DNA of 54,650 nt from an uncultured Rikenella sp. (GTDB taxonomy: Bacteria > Bacteroidota > Bacteroidia > Bacteroidales > VadinHA17): positions 4,677 through 59,326 of the forward strand of contig CAYQNT010000004.1 of the NCBI GenBank assembly GCA_964418865.1, read 5' to 3'. The position numbers were made by a program, and so were the translations under genes. Positions 34,883-44,595 of this stretch are shown piece after piece (position 1 is the stretch's first letter; the number at the start of each line of letters is the position of its first letter). Under the pieces are notes generated by a model, which worked only from the letters and a program-made list of their open reading frames with translations, did no database searches and was not told the DNA's origin.

Positions 34883-36118
34883 ATGTCAGATATGAAAAAT
34901 AGAATATATAACAGGTTGCCGGTATCATTGCTGGTGCTGGCGGCCATTTTAATGGGCATCTCCTTCCAGTCATGCGAAGACAAGGAAGAGATGCTGATGC
35001 CTGAGGTCTTCTATGTCCGCAAGACAGATCCTGCAAAGTCTGATTCACTGGTGGCTCATGCCTTCATGGGAGATAACATCGCCATTATCGGTCAGAACCT
35101 CGGAAATGTGAATGAGATATGGTTCAATGACCAGCTGGCTGCCCTTAATCCTAATCTTGTGACAGCTTCATCAATCATTGTTCAGGTACCGGAGATAATC
35201 CCCTCCACTGTCAATAACAAGCTGGTGCTGGTTAACAGCGACAAGGTTAAAAGGCTTGAGTATGACTTCAGCGTTGATGTGCCTGCACCGCTGGTTGACA
35301 GAATGGTTTGCGAGTATGTCCCTGACGGTGAAACAGCTATTATCAAGGGTAATTATTTCGTTGATGATCCTTCTGTGCCCCTTGCAGTCCTCTTCCCCGG
35401 AAATGTGCCGGGTACCATTGTGAGTTATACAATAAAAGAGATTCATGTAACGGTACCCGCCGGCGTAGGTCCGGGCCAGATTCAGGTCAGATCACTTTAT
35501 GGTGCAACCAGATCACGCTTCTTCTTCCGTGATGACAGGAATATTGTCCTTAATTTTGACAATCTGACTGCAGCCGGCGGCTGGCGCTCAGGTGTAACAG
35601 GTAACTCAAATCCTGAAGGTGTCGACGGAAATTATGTGAGGTTCTCAGGTGCTCTTGCCGGAGGCGCAGGCGTATCATGGAACGAAGATGGTTTCAGCTT
35701 CGACTACTGGCCCCAGGCAAACGGTCGTCCTGATGAGCCGTTCTATACAGGCGAGATCAAAGACGGAGTCATAAAGTTCGAGATCAACGTTGTTGAGCCA
35801 TGGGAGTCATGTGCACTGCAGATGATCTTCACAGCCTATTCCGTTAGCGGCACTAACAGCTATATTGCTGACAATTCTTTTCCCAGGGGACTATGGTATC
35901 CCTGGAAAGAGACAGGAACCTTCAAGACTGACGGATGGATTACTGTTTCATTTCCTTTAAGCGACTTTACCTTCACAGGTGAAGGGGCAACATGCGGAAA
36001 TGCTCTTACCAAAGAGATGCTGCGCGGTCTTACCTTCTTTGTCTGGAACGGCGGTGTGGCAGGAACAGACTGTAATCCTCACATATGCATAGACAATATA
36101 CGTGTGGTACCCAAGTAA
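34883..36118 (+). CDS. Surface glycan-binding lipoprotein: two IPT/TIG-like domains plus a C-terminal jelly-roll (CBM-like) domain
   Basis: Lipobox ISFQSC. IPT-like modules (GDNIAIIGQNLGNVNEIWFND; GETAIIKGNYF...GPGQIQVRS). The C-terminal about 190 aa end in CIDNIRVVPK, as in the next gene. Position after susD is typical of SGBPs. Confidence 0.7.
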   Translation: MSDMKNRIYNRLPVSLLVLAAILMGISFQSCEDKEEMLMPEVFYVRKTDPAKSDSLVAHAFMGDNIAIIGQNLGNVNEIWFNDQLAALNPNLVTASSIIVQVPEIIPSTVNNKLVLVNSDKVKRLEYDFSVDVPAPLVDRMVCEYVPDGETAIIKGNYFVDDPSVPLAVLFPGNVPGTIVSYTIKEIHVTVPAGVGPGQIQVRSLYGATRSRFFFRDDRNIVLNFDNLTAAGGWRSGVTGNSNPEGVDGNYVRFSGALAGGAGVSWNEDGFSFDYWPQANGRPDEPFYTGEIKDGVIKFEINVVEPWESCALQMIFTAYSVSGTNSYIADNSFPRGLWYPWKETGTFKTDGWITVSFPLSDFTFTGEGATCGNALTKEMLRGLTFFVWNGGVAGTDCNPHICIDNIRVVPK

Positions 36119-36141
36119 CTTCAACTGAAAAATGAATTGCA

Positions 36142-38235
36142 ATGCATAAAATTCAAATAAAATTCCGCAACCAGGCGCTGTTGTTCGCAACACTCTGCGT
36201 GATCAGCGCCGGTATCATCCTCCCCTCCTGTGAGGGAAAGGACGAGGAAGATACAAAGGTGGTTCTCTACAGCTTCGGGCCTATGCCCATAGCCAGGGGC
36301 GCCGAACTGAAATTTATCGGTGTGAACCTTGATAAGGTGACGGCAGTGGTGCTGCCGAATGACCTCACTATATCCACTTTCACAACAAAGACATCAACAC
36401 TGCTTACCCTTACTGTCCCGCAGGAGGCAAAGCCAGGCCTGGTTGTGATCAAGACGCCTGACGGCAATATCACAACCAAAACAGAGATCGGGTTCTCAGA
36501 GCCCATATCTGTTGCCAGCTTCACACCTGTCACTGTCAAGGCCGGTGATGAGCTGACAATAACAGGTGACTATCTGAATCTGGTAGGTGAGGTGATACTG
36601 ACAGACCGTGTAACTGTTGTTGAGGATGACTTTATAAGTCATAGCCGCACCGAGATTAAGCTGGTAGTGCCTGCCGCAGCGCAGACGGGGAAAATTGCTG
36701 TATCAAATGCTGCCGAAGAACCTATCATTGTCTATTCAGCATCCAGCCTTACAGTCAAACTGCCCGTGTTTACAACAGTGGCACCTAATCCTGTTAAGGC
36801 CGGAACCAACCTGACAATTACCGGAACCGATCTTGACCTGGTTGAAACCGTCACCCTCGGAGGCGGCAAGGTGATTGCAAAGGCTGATTTCGTGAGTCAT
36901 AAGGCAACAGAGATAGTGATAAGTGTGCCGGTTGATACTAAAGACGGTAAAGTGACGATGATACCGGCTTCCGAAGTACAAGTCATCTCCGCTAATGATC
37001 TTTTGATGGTTATTCCTGTTGTGAGTGTCACACCTGTGACACTGAAAAACGGCCAGGATATAACCGTTACCGGAACTAATCTTGACCTGATAGACCATGT
37101 AGTCTTCGGAGGTGACAAGCAGGGCACCATCAAGGCCGGGGGTACTGCAACACAGATACTGGTGACAGTACCTGATGATGCTATTACCGGAGTTGTGACC
37201 TTCTTCACTAAGTCTGACAAGGAGATCATTGGGCCCAATCTGACAATGATTGATCCTTTACTCACCTCATTTACTCCCACCTCAGCTAAACCCGGCAATG
37301 ATTTAACAATAACGGGCACTGACCTTGACCTGGTATCCGATGTGGTGTTTGCAGGAAGTATAAAGGGTACTGTCGGCGCACGCACAACCACCCAGATGAC
37401 AGTAACAATTCCCGTAGGCGCCAGGACAGGGAAAATCACCCTGGTGGCAAAGAACGGAGCGATGACACTGTCTGCCATTGACCTTACCATTCTCAGCAAC
37501 CTTCCGAACTTTACTTCATTTTCCGAACCTAAAGGAACGCCAGGAGCGATACTGACCCTTAACGGCACCAATATGCTGCTTATCAAGGAGCTGATATTCC
37601 CGGGAGAAAAATATGCGACAGCCTACGGCGTGAAGACTGACACGAAAGTTGAAGTTTATGTGCCTGCCAGTGTTGCAAGCGGATACGGACAGATAACCAT
37701 GATCACCTATGAAGGTGAACAGGGACTGCTGCCTTCACTGTTCTTCGGCGGTACTGACCCTATAACGGCACAGACGATTATGATCACCAACTTCAACGGT
37801 GATGGGGCATCTCAATCGACCTGGGGTGGCGTGGTAACATTCGGAACACCGTCAGTGGTTTTGGACGGTACAGCTGCTATGCTCGGACTGACCGGAGGAG
37901 GATGGGCCTGGACCTGGTCACAGAACTGGGATAATAACTGCAGGCCCCCGCTTGCTCATCCGGAGAATTACGTAATAAAGATGGATATATGTATCACAAC
38001 CCCTGCTCCGGGAGTTGCAGCAGGCTTCCTCCTCAAGGGCTGGGACACTGCACCCTCCCTGGGCAACAATATCTTCGGCACCTCCACCAACGGAAACTGG
38101 GTCACCGTTACATTTGATGTACTGACTGCAGGTATGGTGATAGACGGTACCGGCGACTGGGGAATATGGATTGACGCTCCCAGTTATGATCTGACTGGTG
38201 TCATGATAGATAATATACGTTTTGATCCTAAATAA
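36142..38235 (+). CDS. Surface lipoprotein with six tandem IPT/TIG domains and a C-terminal CBM-like domain
   Basis: Lipobox ILPSC. Six ~85-aa repeats each carry the motif L(T/K)(I/F)(T/I/N)G(T/V/D)(D/N)L..(V/I)..V.(L/F) (KFIGVNLDKV, LTITGDYLNLV, LTITGTDLDLV, ITVTGTNLDLI, LTITGTDLDLV, LTLNGTNMLLI). The C-terminus ends in MIDNIRFDPK. Confidence 0.75.
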   Translation: MHKIQIKFRNQALLFATLCVISAGIILPSCEGKDEEDTKVVLYSFGPMPIARGAELKFIGVNLDKVTAVVLPNDLTISTFTTKTSTLLTLTVPQEAKPGLVVIKTPDGNITTKTEIGFSEPISVASFTPVTVKAGDELTITGDYLNLVGEVILTDRVTVVEDDFISHSRTEIKLVVPAAAQTGKIAVSNAAEEPIIVYSASSLTVKLPVFTTVAPNPVKAGTNLTITGTDLDLVETVTLGGGKVIAKADFVSHKATEIVISVPVDTKDGKVTMIPASEVQVISANDLLMVIPVVSVTPVTLKNGQDITVTGTNLDLIDHVVFGGDKQGTIKAGGTATQILVTVPDDAITGVVTFFTKSDKEIIGPNLTMIDPLLTSFTPTSAKPGNDLTITGTDLDLVSDVVFAGSIKGTVGARTTTQMTVTIPVGARTGKITLVAKNGAMTLSAIDLTILSNLPNFTSFSEPKGTPGAILTLNGTNMLLIKELIFPGEKYATAYGVKTDTKVEVYVPASVASGYGQITMITYEGEQGLLPSLFFGGTDPITAQTIMITNFNGDGASQSTWGGVVTFGTPSVVLDGTAAMLGLTGGGWAWTWSQNWDNNCRPPLAHPENYVIKMDICITTPAPGVAAGFLLKGWDTAPSLGNNIFGTSTNGNWVTVTFDVLTAGMVIDGTGDWGIWIDAPSYDLTGVMIDNIRFDPK

Positions 38236-38301
38236 CGGTGACTGATTAGGCCATCCATTTGCTTAAGCAAAGGGTATCTCAGAATTTATTACTAAATTGA
38301 G

Positions 38302-41300
38302 ATGCCCTTTGCAATTTTTTATAAAGGACAGATGCTTATGAGATTTTTTATGCGATTATTCATCTTTTCATTGGCTCTGGTTCTGGCCTCCGGCCCCATT
38401 TCCGCCCAGAGTGTAAGGTACGAGGCTGAAAATGGTGTTCTTACCGGGACAGTAGTAGAAACGTCACTCAGCGGTTATTCTGGCACGGGCTACGTTGACG
38501 GGTTTGATAATGACGGGGACAGGGTCACTGTGACATTCACCCTTCCGGGGGGCGGTTACTATAACATATATGTCAGGTATGCCGGAGTTTATGGGGATAA
38601 GAAGAATATCCTCAGCATAAACGGTAACACTACTGAGATGTCATTCCCCGCCACCACAGTGTTCACTGAGGCTGCCTACGGAAGGGCATGGCTGAAGGAG
38701 GGAAGCAACACGCTGGCTTTAATCAAAACCTGGGGATGGTTCCTTATTGACTATATACGTATTGAGCCGAATAATGACCCTGAGCTTAGTGTTCAGATAC
38801 CATACAGGCTGTCAACGCCCTCACCCTTAGACAGGACAAAAAGAATGTGGAGTTACCTGACTGACACATTCACGCACAAAATCCACTCCGGTGCCATGAG
38901 TCTCAATGCAAAGGAAGAGGCCGAGTGGCTTTTTTCTCAGACAGGTAAATACCCGGCGCTGATAGGACTCGACTTCATGAACCATACACGCAATTACAGC
39001 TGGTTTGATAAGTCGGTACTGGTCAACGAGACCAGAAACTGGTACAACAGAGACGGCCTGGTGACCGTCTGCTGGCACTGGCGTGATCCGTCAAGAGCCA
39101 CCGACGAGTTTTATACATCAGGCACTGCCTTTGATGTCAGTAAGATCACTGAAAAAACTTCACCTGAATATCAGGCCATGCTAAGCGATATTGATATTAT
39201 TGCAGCCTATCTCAAGCAGCTCAATAATGACAATATCCCTGTTCTCTTCAGGCCGCTGCATGAAGCCTCCGGCGGTTGGTTCTGGTGGGGGGCAAAGGGT
39301 GCGGAGCCATGCAAGGCCCTGTGGAGAATAATGTTTGACCGCCTGGTTAATTATCACGGACTGAAAAACCTCATCTGGGTCTGGACCACAGATGCAGGCA
39401 CTGATAATCTTGACTGGTATCCGGGCGATGCATATGTTGACATTCTGGGCGCTGATATTTACGCTGCTGAGGGCGATTTCAGCTCGCAGATGCTTGCATA
39501 CAGCGCCATCAAAGATAAGTTCCAGGGCAGGAAGATGATCACCCTCAGTGAGAACGGCCCTGTGCCTGATCCTGACAATCTGGCGGCTGATAAAGCCTAC
39601 TGGTCATGGTTTATGCCATGGTACGGCAGCTTTATCCGCGACGGGGTAAAAAATCCGCTTGCACACTGGCAGAAGGTGATGAACCATGAGTATGTCATCA
39701 CCCTAGATGAGATGCCTGACCTGAAGAGCTATCCGATCACCGGTCAGCAGGAAGTCAGCGCCTACCCACAGGGATTCTTCCTGGCCGACTGGCAGCCAAG
39801 GACAACAACCGCACCTGAGTATAATTATGTTACGGCGGTCTCTGACCCTGTCACAGTAGCTGTGACTATCGACTTCAGTGATACCCTGACAAAGATCCCA
39901 AAGTATCTCTTCGGCGACAATGCAAACCTCTGGACCGGCCCTATGTCTGACAACAAGACTCTGATGAAGAATATGGCAAACCGTGAGATGGGTGTTCTAC
40001 GGGGCCCCGGCGGAAGTACCTCCGATGCATTTTTCTGGAACAGGAGTACCACCGGGCGGCCTGCCGATGTGCCGTCATCCCTCATGAATGACCCGGCTAA
40101 CACTACATGGCCATGGTACGGACAGAGACCGGAGAGCTGGACAATGGATGTAGACTCATTCTACAGCATATTGAGTAAGACCGGAGTCACCGGCATGATC
40201 ACAGTGAACTATGGCTATGCCAGATACGGTACAAGCGCCAGTCCTGTTGCCCAGGCTGCACACATGGCCGCAGACTGGGTCAGGTATGACAAGGGCAGAT
40301 CAAAATTCTGGGAGATAGGCAATGAAGTCTTTGGCAGCTGGGAGGCAGGATACAGGATTGACCGGTCACTTAACAAGGACGGTCAGCCTGAGTATATTAC
40401 TCCAACTCTTTATGGACAGCACTGCCGCGTCTTCATAGACTCAATGAGAGCTGCTGCTGCAGAAACGGGAGCTGATATAAGGATAGGAGTGGTAATGGTA
40501 GAGGCGCCATCCACTCATAACACATGGAACAGGCTTGTGGCTGCTGAGGTTGGCGATCTGGCTGACTTCTATTCGGTACATAGCTATTATACGCCGTGGA
40601 ACACCAACTCAGGCGTGGCGGAAGTACTTGGTTCCTATACGGGAACAGAGGGATACAAGAATTATGTATGGAACGAAGTTTCCGCTGTAGGCAAACCAAA
40701 ACTGCCGGTTGCGCTTACTGAGTACAACATCTTCGCACAGGGATCAAACCAGCCCGTGTCACATGCCAACGGGATGCAGGCAGTGCTGGTGACCGGTGAG
40801 CTGATCAGAACCGGATACGGGGCTGCTAACCGCTGGGACCTGGCCAATGGGTGGGAAAACGGCAATGATCACGGCATGTTCTCATTTAATGAGCCAAACG
40901 TACCAAACTATACCCCGCACCCGGCATTCTACCATCTCTATTACATGCGCAGGCATACGGGAGACGTACTGCTGAAGTCAACGGTCACAGGAGCTCCGGG
41001 GGTGATTGTCACACCAACGGCATTCAGCTCCGGAGAGATAGGCGCCTCAATGGTGAATATAACCAAAGTGCGTAAGGTGGTTCGGGTCAACCTCAAAAAC
41101 TACAAGGTGGGAGAGAGATTCTATACCTATACCCTTACAGGTACCGAATGGGCGGATTTTTCAAGGAAAGTGTTCATCAACGGTAACGGTGGCACGCTTG
41201 AGGCCGGCGGCCCGGAAAACTACGCGGCCATAAGGGCCAACGCGGTAATCATAGGCGATGAGATACGAATAGTTATGCCTCCGCTCTCTGCCGTTTTCCT

Positions 41301-41610
41301 GCTTGTGGAGCCCGGAACCAAAGAGCTGACCATAAACAGTGAGGTCACAGCTGTTAATCTGGTCAGGGCTGATGATGAACTGGCGGTCTGGCCAAACCCC
41401 TCGTCAGGCCTCATCACGGTTCAAGAACTGCCGGACCATGTCAGCCGGATAGAAATAACCGATATCCTCGGCAGCGTACTTCTAAGGAAAGAGACAGGCG
41501 GCTATACGCCGGAACTCACTCTGAACGTTGACCTGCCTGCGGGTATCTACCTGATAAGTTTTTATGGGAGGGATTACATGGTCACGAGAAAGCTGATAAT
41601 TAAAAAATAA
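38302..41610 (+). CDS. Multidomain secreted enzyme: CBM6/35-like, GH26 beta-mannanase, a second clan GH-A-like (beta/alpha)8 domain, and a T9SS C-terminal sorting domain
   Basis: Signal peptide ...SGPISAQ. CBM-like SVRYEAENGVLTG...YVDGFDNDGDRVTF...YIRIEP. GH26 motifs (WHWRDP, LFRPLHEASGGWFWWG). The later domain has FWEIGNEVFGSWE (candidate acid/base NE) and VALTEYNIF (candidate nucleophile E). The C-terminal LAVWPNPSSGLITVQ...LPAGIYLISF...RKLIIKK is a type-A Por/T9SS CTD. The true start may be an internal ATG (38332-38350). Confidence 0.8.
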   Translation: MPFAIFYKGQMLMRFFMRLFIFSLALVLASGPISAQSVRYEAENGVLTGTVVETSLSGYSGTGYVDGFDNDGDRVTVTFTLPGGGYYNIYVRYAGVYGDKKNILSINGNTTEMSFPATTVFTEAAYGRAWLKEGSNTLALIKTWGWFLIDYIRIEPNNDPELSVQIPYRLSTPSPLDRTKRMWSYLTDTFTHKIHSGAMSLNAKEEAEWLFSQTGKYPALIGLDFMNHTRNYSWFDKSVLVNETRNWYNRDGLVTVCWHWRDPSRATDEFYTSGTAFDVSKITEKTSPEYQAMLSDIDIIAAYLKQLNNDNIPVLFRPLHEASGGWFWWGAKGAEPCKALWRIMFDRLVNYHGLKNLIWVWTTDAGTDNLDWYPGDAYVDILGADIYAAEGDFSSQMLAYSAIKDKFQGRKMITLSENGPVPDPDNLAADKAYWSWFMPWYGSFIRDGVKNPLAHWQKVMNHEYVITLDEMPDLKSYPITGQQEVSAYPQGFFLADWQPRTTTAPEYNYVTAVSDPVTVAVTIDFSDTLTKIPKYLFGDNANLWTGPMSDNKTLMKNMANREMGVLRGPGGSTSDAFFWNRSTTGRPADVPSSLMNDPANTTWPWYGQRPESWTMDVDSFYSILSKTGVTGMITVNYGYARYGTSASPVAQAAHMAADWVRYDKGRSKFWEIGNEVFGSWEAGYRIDRSLNKDGQPEYITPTLYGQHCRVFIDSMRAAAAETGADIRIGVVMVEAPSTHNTWNRLVAAEVGDLADFYSVHSYYTPWNTNSGVAEVLGSYTGTEGYKNYVWNEVSAVGKPKLPVALTEYNIFAQGSNQPVSHANGMQAVLVTGELIRTGYGAANRWDLANGWENGNDHGMFSFNEPNVPNYTPHPAFYHLYYMRRHTGDVLLKSTVTGAPGVIVTPTAFSSGEIGASMVNITKVRKVVRVNLKNYKVGERFYTYTLTGTEWADFSRKVFINGNGGTLEAGGPENYAAIRANAVIIGDEIRIVMPPLSAVFLLVEPGTKELTINSEVTAVNLVRADDELAVWPNPSSGLITVQELPDHVSRIEITDILGSVLLRKETGGYTPELTLNVDLPAGIYLISFYGRDYMVTRKLIIKK

Positions 41611-41616
41611 CAGATT

Positions 41617-44475
41617 ATGAAGAAGATACGGACACTTGCCGCAACAGTGATAGCGGTGACGGGCATGATAGCGCTGATATGTCAGTCGTGCGCTACCCCT
41701 GCATATGAACGTACAGCAGACGGCGTTGTAATAAGACTGAACGGAAAGTCAGACTTCCCCGGTCAGGCCATAAGACTGCAGGTCATAACAGACAGGATCA
41801 TAAGGGTATCATCAATTCCTTCCGGGGAGTTTCCGGAGAGCGTCAGCCTGATGACCATTCCTCAGCCTGAACGTATTACGGAGTTCACCCTGGAGAAGGG
41901 CGAGGGAATTGTTACCCTCGGCACTGCATCACTTAGCGCTCAGGTTTCACTTAAAACAGGTGAGGTCATCTTCACTGATACCGATGGGACAGTCTTTGTG
42001 GCAGAGCAGACAGAAGGAGGAAGATCATTCATGCCGGTACCGGTGGAAGGAGAGACCGGTTATGCAGTAAGACAGCAGTTTGAGTCATTCCCCGATGAGG
42101 CTCTGTATGGCCTTGGGGCCAACCAGACGTCATACATGAACCTGAAGGGCAAGGATGCAGACCTCTTCCAGTATAACACGCTTGCCGTGGTGCCATTCAT
42201 CATCTCCAACCGAAACTACGGTATACTGTGGGATAACAACTCGTGGTCGAAGTTCGGAGATATCCGTGAGTGGCGCGAATTATCGGGCATGAAGCTTTAT
42301 GACATCTATGGAAAAGAAGGCGGGCTTACGGCACTGTATGCCGACAGGCAGACGGGGAAAAAGGTTTTCACTGCACGCACTGAGAATGAGATCAACTACC
42401 TGGTCATACCCGACCTTGTGAAGTTCCCTGAAGGCTATAACCTCGGTGAGGGAAAGGTAACATGGGAGGGTGATTTCGAGCCTGACACATCAGGAGTACA
42501 TAAATTCGTCTTTTCTTCAGCCGGTTATGCCAAACTGTGGATCGACGGTAAACTGCTGTTTGACCGCTGGCGTCAGTGCTGGAACGCTTCATCAAATTAC
42601 TTCACTATGAACCTGGAACAGGGCAGTCATTACCCGGTAAAGATCGAATGGATCCCTGACGGAGGCGAATCATTTATCGGACTTAAATATCTGACCCCGC
42701 TTGATGATCAGGAGCAGCAGAGGATATCATTCTGGTCGGAGGTGGCTGACCAGATCGACTACTATTTCATCAGCGGTGAAAGCATGGATGACGTGATAAG
42801 CGGATACCGGACTTTAACCGGTAAGGCACCGGTGATGCCTGAATGGGCGATGGGATTCTGGCAGAGCCGTCAGCGCTATACTACACAAAATGAGGTACTG
42901 GGTGTTGTCCGCGAATATCGTAAGAGAGAAATTCCTTTCGACAATATTGTACTTGACTGGCAATACTGGCCTATTGATCAATGGGGCGATCATCAGTTTG
43001 ACGCTACCCGATTTCCTGATCCCGACGGCATGATCAAGACTATCCACAATGATTTGAATGCCAACATTATGATCTCGGTGTGGCCCAAGTATTATGTAGG
43101 GACCAAAAACTATGAGGCCATGAACAGCAAGGGCTGGCTCTATAAGCGTAACGTTGAGAAGGGACAGAAAGACTGGATTGGCTTTGTGTCGACCTTTTAC
43201 GATGCCTTTAATGCTGACGCCCGCAAAGCCTTCTGGGATCAGATAAACAGCTCGCTATACAGCAAGGGTGTTGATGCCTGGTGGCTTGACGCCACAGAAC
43301 CGGATATCTGTTCCAACCTGCCGATGGATGAACGCAAGGCTCTTATGAATCCAACCGCACTGGGCTCAGCAAGCAGATACTTCAACGCCTATTCACTTGT
43401 GCAGGCAGAGGGTGTTTTTGAAGGCCAGCGCGCCACTGACCCTGACAACCGGGTGTTTATACTGACACGGTCTGCCTTTGCAGGACTGCAGCGGTACTCG
43501 GCAGCCAACTGGAGCGGTGACATTGCCGCCAGATGGCATGACATGGCAGCACAAATACCGTGCGGGCTCAACATCTCCATGTCAGGAATACCGTGGTGGA
43601 CGATGGACATAGGGGGCTTCTCCGTTGAGAGCCGCTACCATAACCCCTCCGCTGCTGACCTTGAGGAATGGCGTGAGCTGATGACACGCTGGCACCAGTA
43701 CGGTACCTTCGTACCCATCTTCAGGTCGCACGGTGAATTCCCATACAGGGAAATGTATAACACCGCTCCTGAAAGCCATCCGGCATATAAAACTATGGTA
43801 GCCTACAATAAGCTGAGATACAGGCTTATGCCATACATCTACTCATTGGCCGGCCAGGCATGGCTGAATGATTATACCATAATGAGAGGATTAACCATGG
43901 ACTTCAGCCTTGATACAGCTGTGTTCAATATCACAGACCAGTATATGTTTGGTCCCTCACTGATGATCAATCCCGTTACTGAATACAAGGCCAGATCACG
44001 CAGGGTCTATCTCCCTGCCGCCAGCGGGTGGTATGACCTGCGCTCAGGCAGGTATTACAACGGCGGCGAGGTGACAGTGGCAGATGCTCCTTACGATTAT
44101 ATGCCTCTCTTTGTCAGGGAGGGTTCAATAGTACCCTTCGGGCCTGAGATGCAATATGCCCTGGAAAAGCAGGCTGACCCGCTGACACTGTTTGTCTATA
44201 CCGGGGCCGACGCAAGCTTCGTTCTGTACGAGGATGAGGGTGACAATTACAACTATGAAAAGGGCGCCTACACTCTGATACCGTTTACCTGGAGTGATGC
44301 AGAGAAGACGCTGACCATTGGCACAAGAGAAGGAGATTTCTCCGGCATGCTTAATACCAGAACAATAAATCTGGTCAAAGTCTCAGAGAAGAGAGCGGTC
44401 AAGCTCGATTTTAACATGATCCCCGATACAACTGTCAGGTATACAGGAGAGGAGATCACAGTGCAATTGAAATAA
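41617..44475 (+). CDS. GH31 alpha-glycosidase with an inserted PA14 domain (architecture of BoGH31A/CjXyl31A-type alpha-xylosidases)
   Basis: 952 aa. PA14-like insert (GKVTWEGDFEPDTSGVHKFVFSSAGYAKLWIDGKLLFD). GH31 core (WQSRQRYTTQNEV...IPFDNIVLDWQYW; GVDAWWLDATEPD; RSAFAGLQRYSAANWSGDI). Probable lipoprotein (LICQSC). Confidence 0.8.
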   Translation: MKKIRTLAATVIAVTGMIALICQSCATPAYERTADGVVIRLNGKSDFPGQAIRLQVITDRIIRVSSIPSGEFPESVSLMTIPQPERITEFTLEKGEGIVTLGTASLSAQVSLKTGEVIFTDTDGTVFVAEQTEGGRSFMPVPVEGETGYAVRQQFESFPDEALYGLGANQTSYMNLKGKDADLFQYNTLAVVPFIISNRNYGILWDNNSWSKFGDIREWRELSGMKLYDIYGKEGGLTALYADRQTGKKVFTARTENEINYLVIPDLVKFPEGYNLGEGKVTWEGDFEPDTSGVHKFVFSSAGYAKLWIDGKLLFDRWRQCWNASSNYFTMNLEQGSHYPVKIEWIPDGGESFIGLKYLTPLDDQEQQRISFWSEVADQIDYYFISGESMDDVISGYRTLTGKAPVMPEWAMGFWQSRQRYTTQNEVLGVVREYRKREIPFDNIVLDWQYWPIDQWGDHQFDATRFPDPDGMIKTIHNDLNANIMISVWPKYYVGTKNYEAMNSKGWLYKRNVEKGQKDWIGFVSTFYDAFNADARKAFWDQINSSLYSKGVDAWWLDATEPDICSNLPMDERKALMNPTALGSASRYFNAYSLVQAEGVFEGQRATDPDNRVFILTRSAFAGLQRYSAANWSGDIAARWHDMAAQIPCGLNISMSGIPWWTMDIGGFSVESRYHNPSAADLEEWRELMTRWHQYGTFVPIFRSHGEFPYREMYNTAPESHPAYKTMVAYNKLRYRLMPYIYSLAGQAWLNDYTIMRGLTMDFSLDTAVFNITDQYMFGPSLMINPVTEYKARSRRVYLPAASGWYDLRSGRYYNGGEVTVADAPYDYMPLFVREGSIVPFGPEMQYALEKQADPLTLFVYTGADASFVLYEDEGDNYNYEKGAYTLIPFTWSDAEKTLTIGTREGDFSGMLNTRTINLVKVSEKRAVKLDFNMIPDTTVRYTGEEITVQLK

Positions 44476-44478
44476 GAA

Positions 44479-44552
44479 CCGGGCTGCCCGGGATAATACA
44501 TGGGTGTTTCACCAGAGTAAGCTCCGGACTCTTTTTCCGCAGCAAGCTGCGG
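44479..44552. repeat. Intergenic hairpins: CCGGG-ctg-CCCGG (44479-44491) and the REP-like CCGCAG-caag-CTGCGG (44537-44552)
   Basis: Direct reading. TTCCGCAGCAAGCTGCGG is near-identical to the reverse complement of the 22707-22790 repeat core (ATTCCGCAGTAAGCTGCGG). The flanking GTAAGCTCCGG also recurs in both. Confidence 0.7.
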
Positions 44553-44595
44553 GGGATTTATCCGGTAGAGATTAAAATACTATATAAAGAACAAT

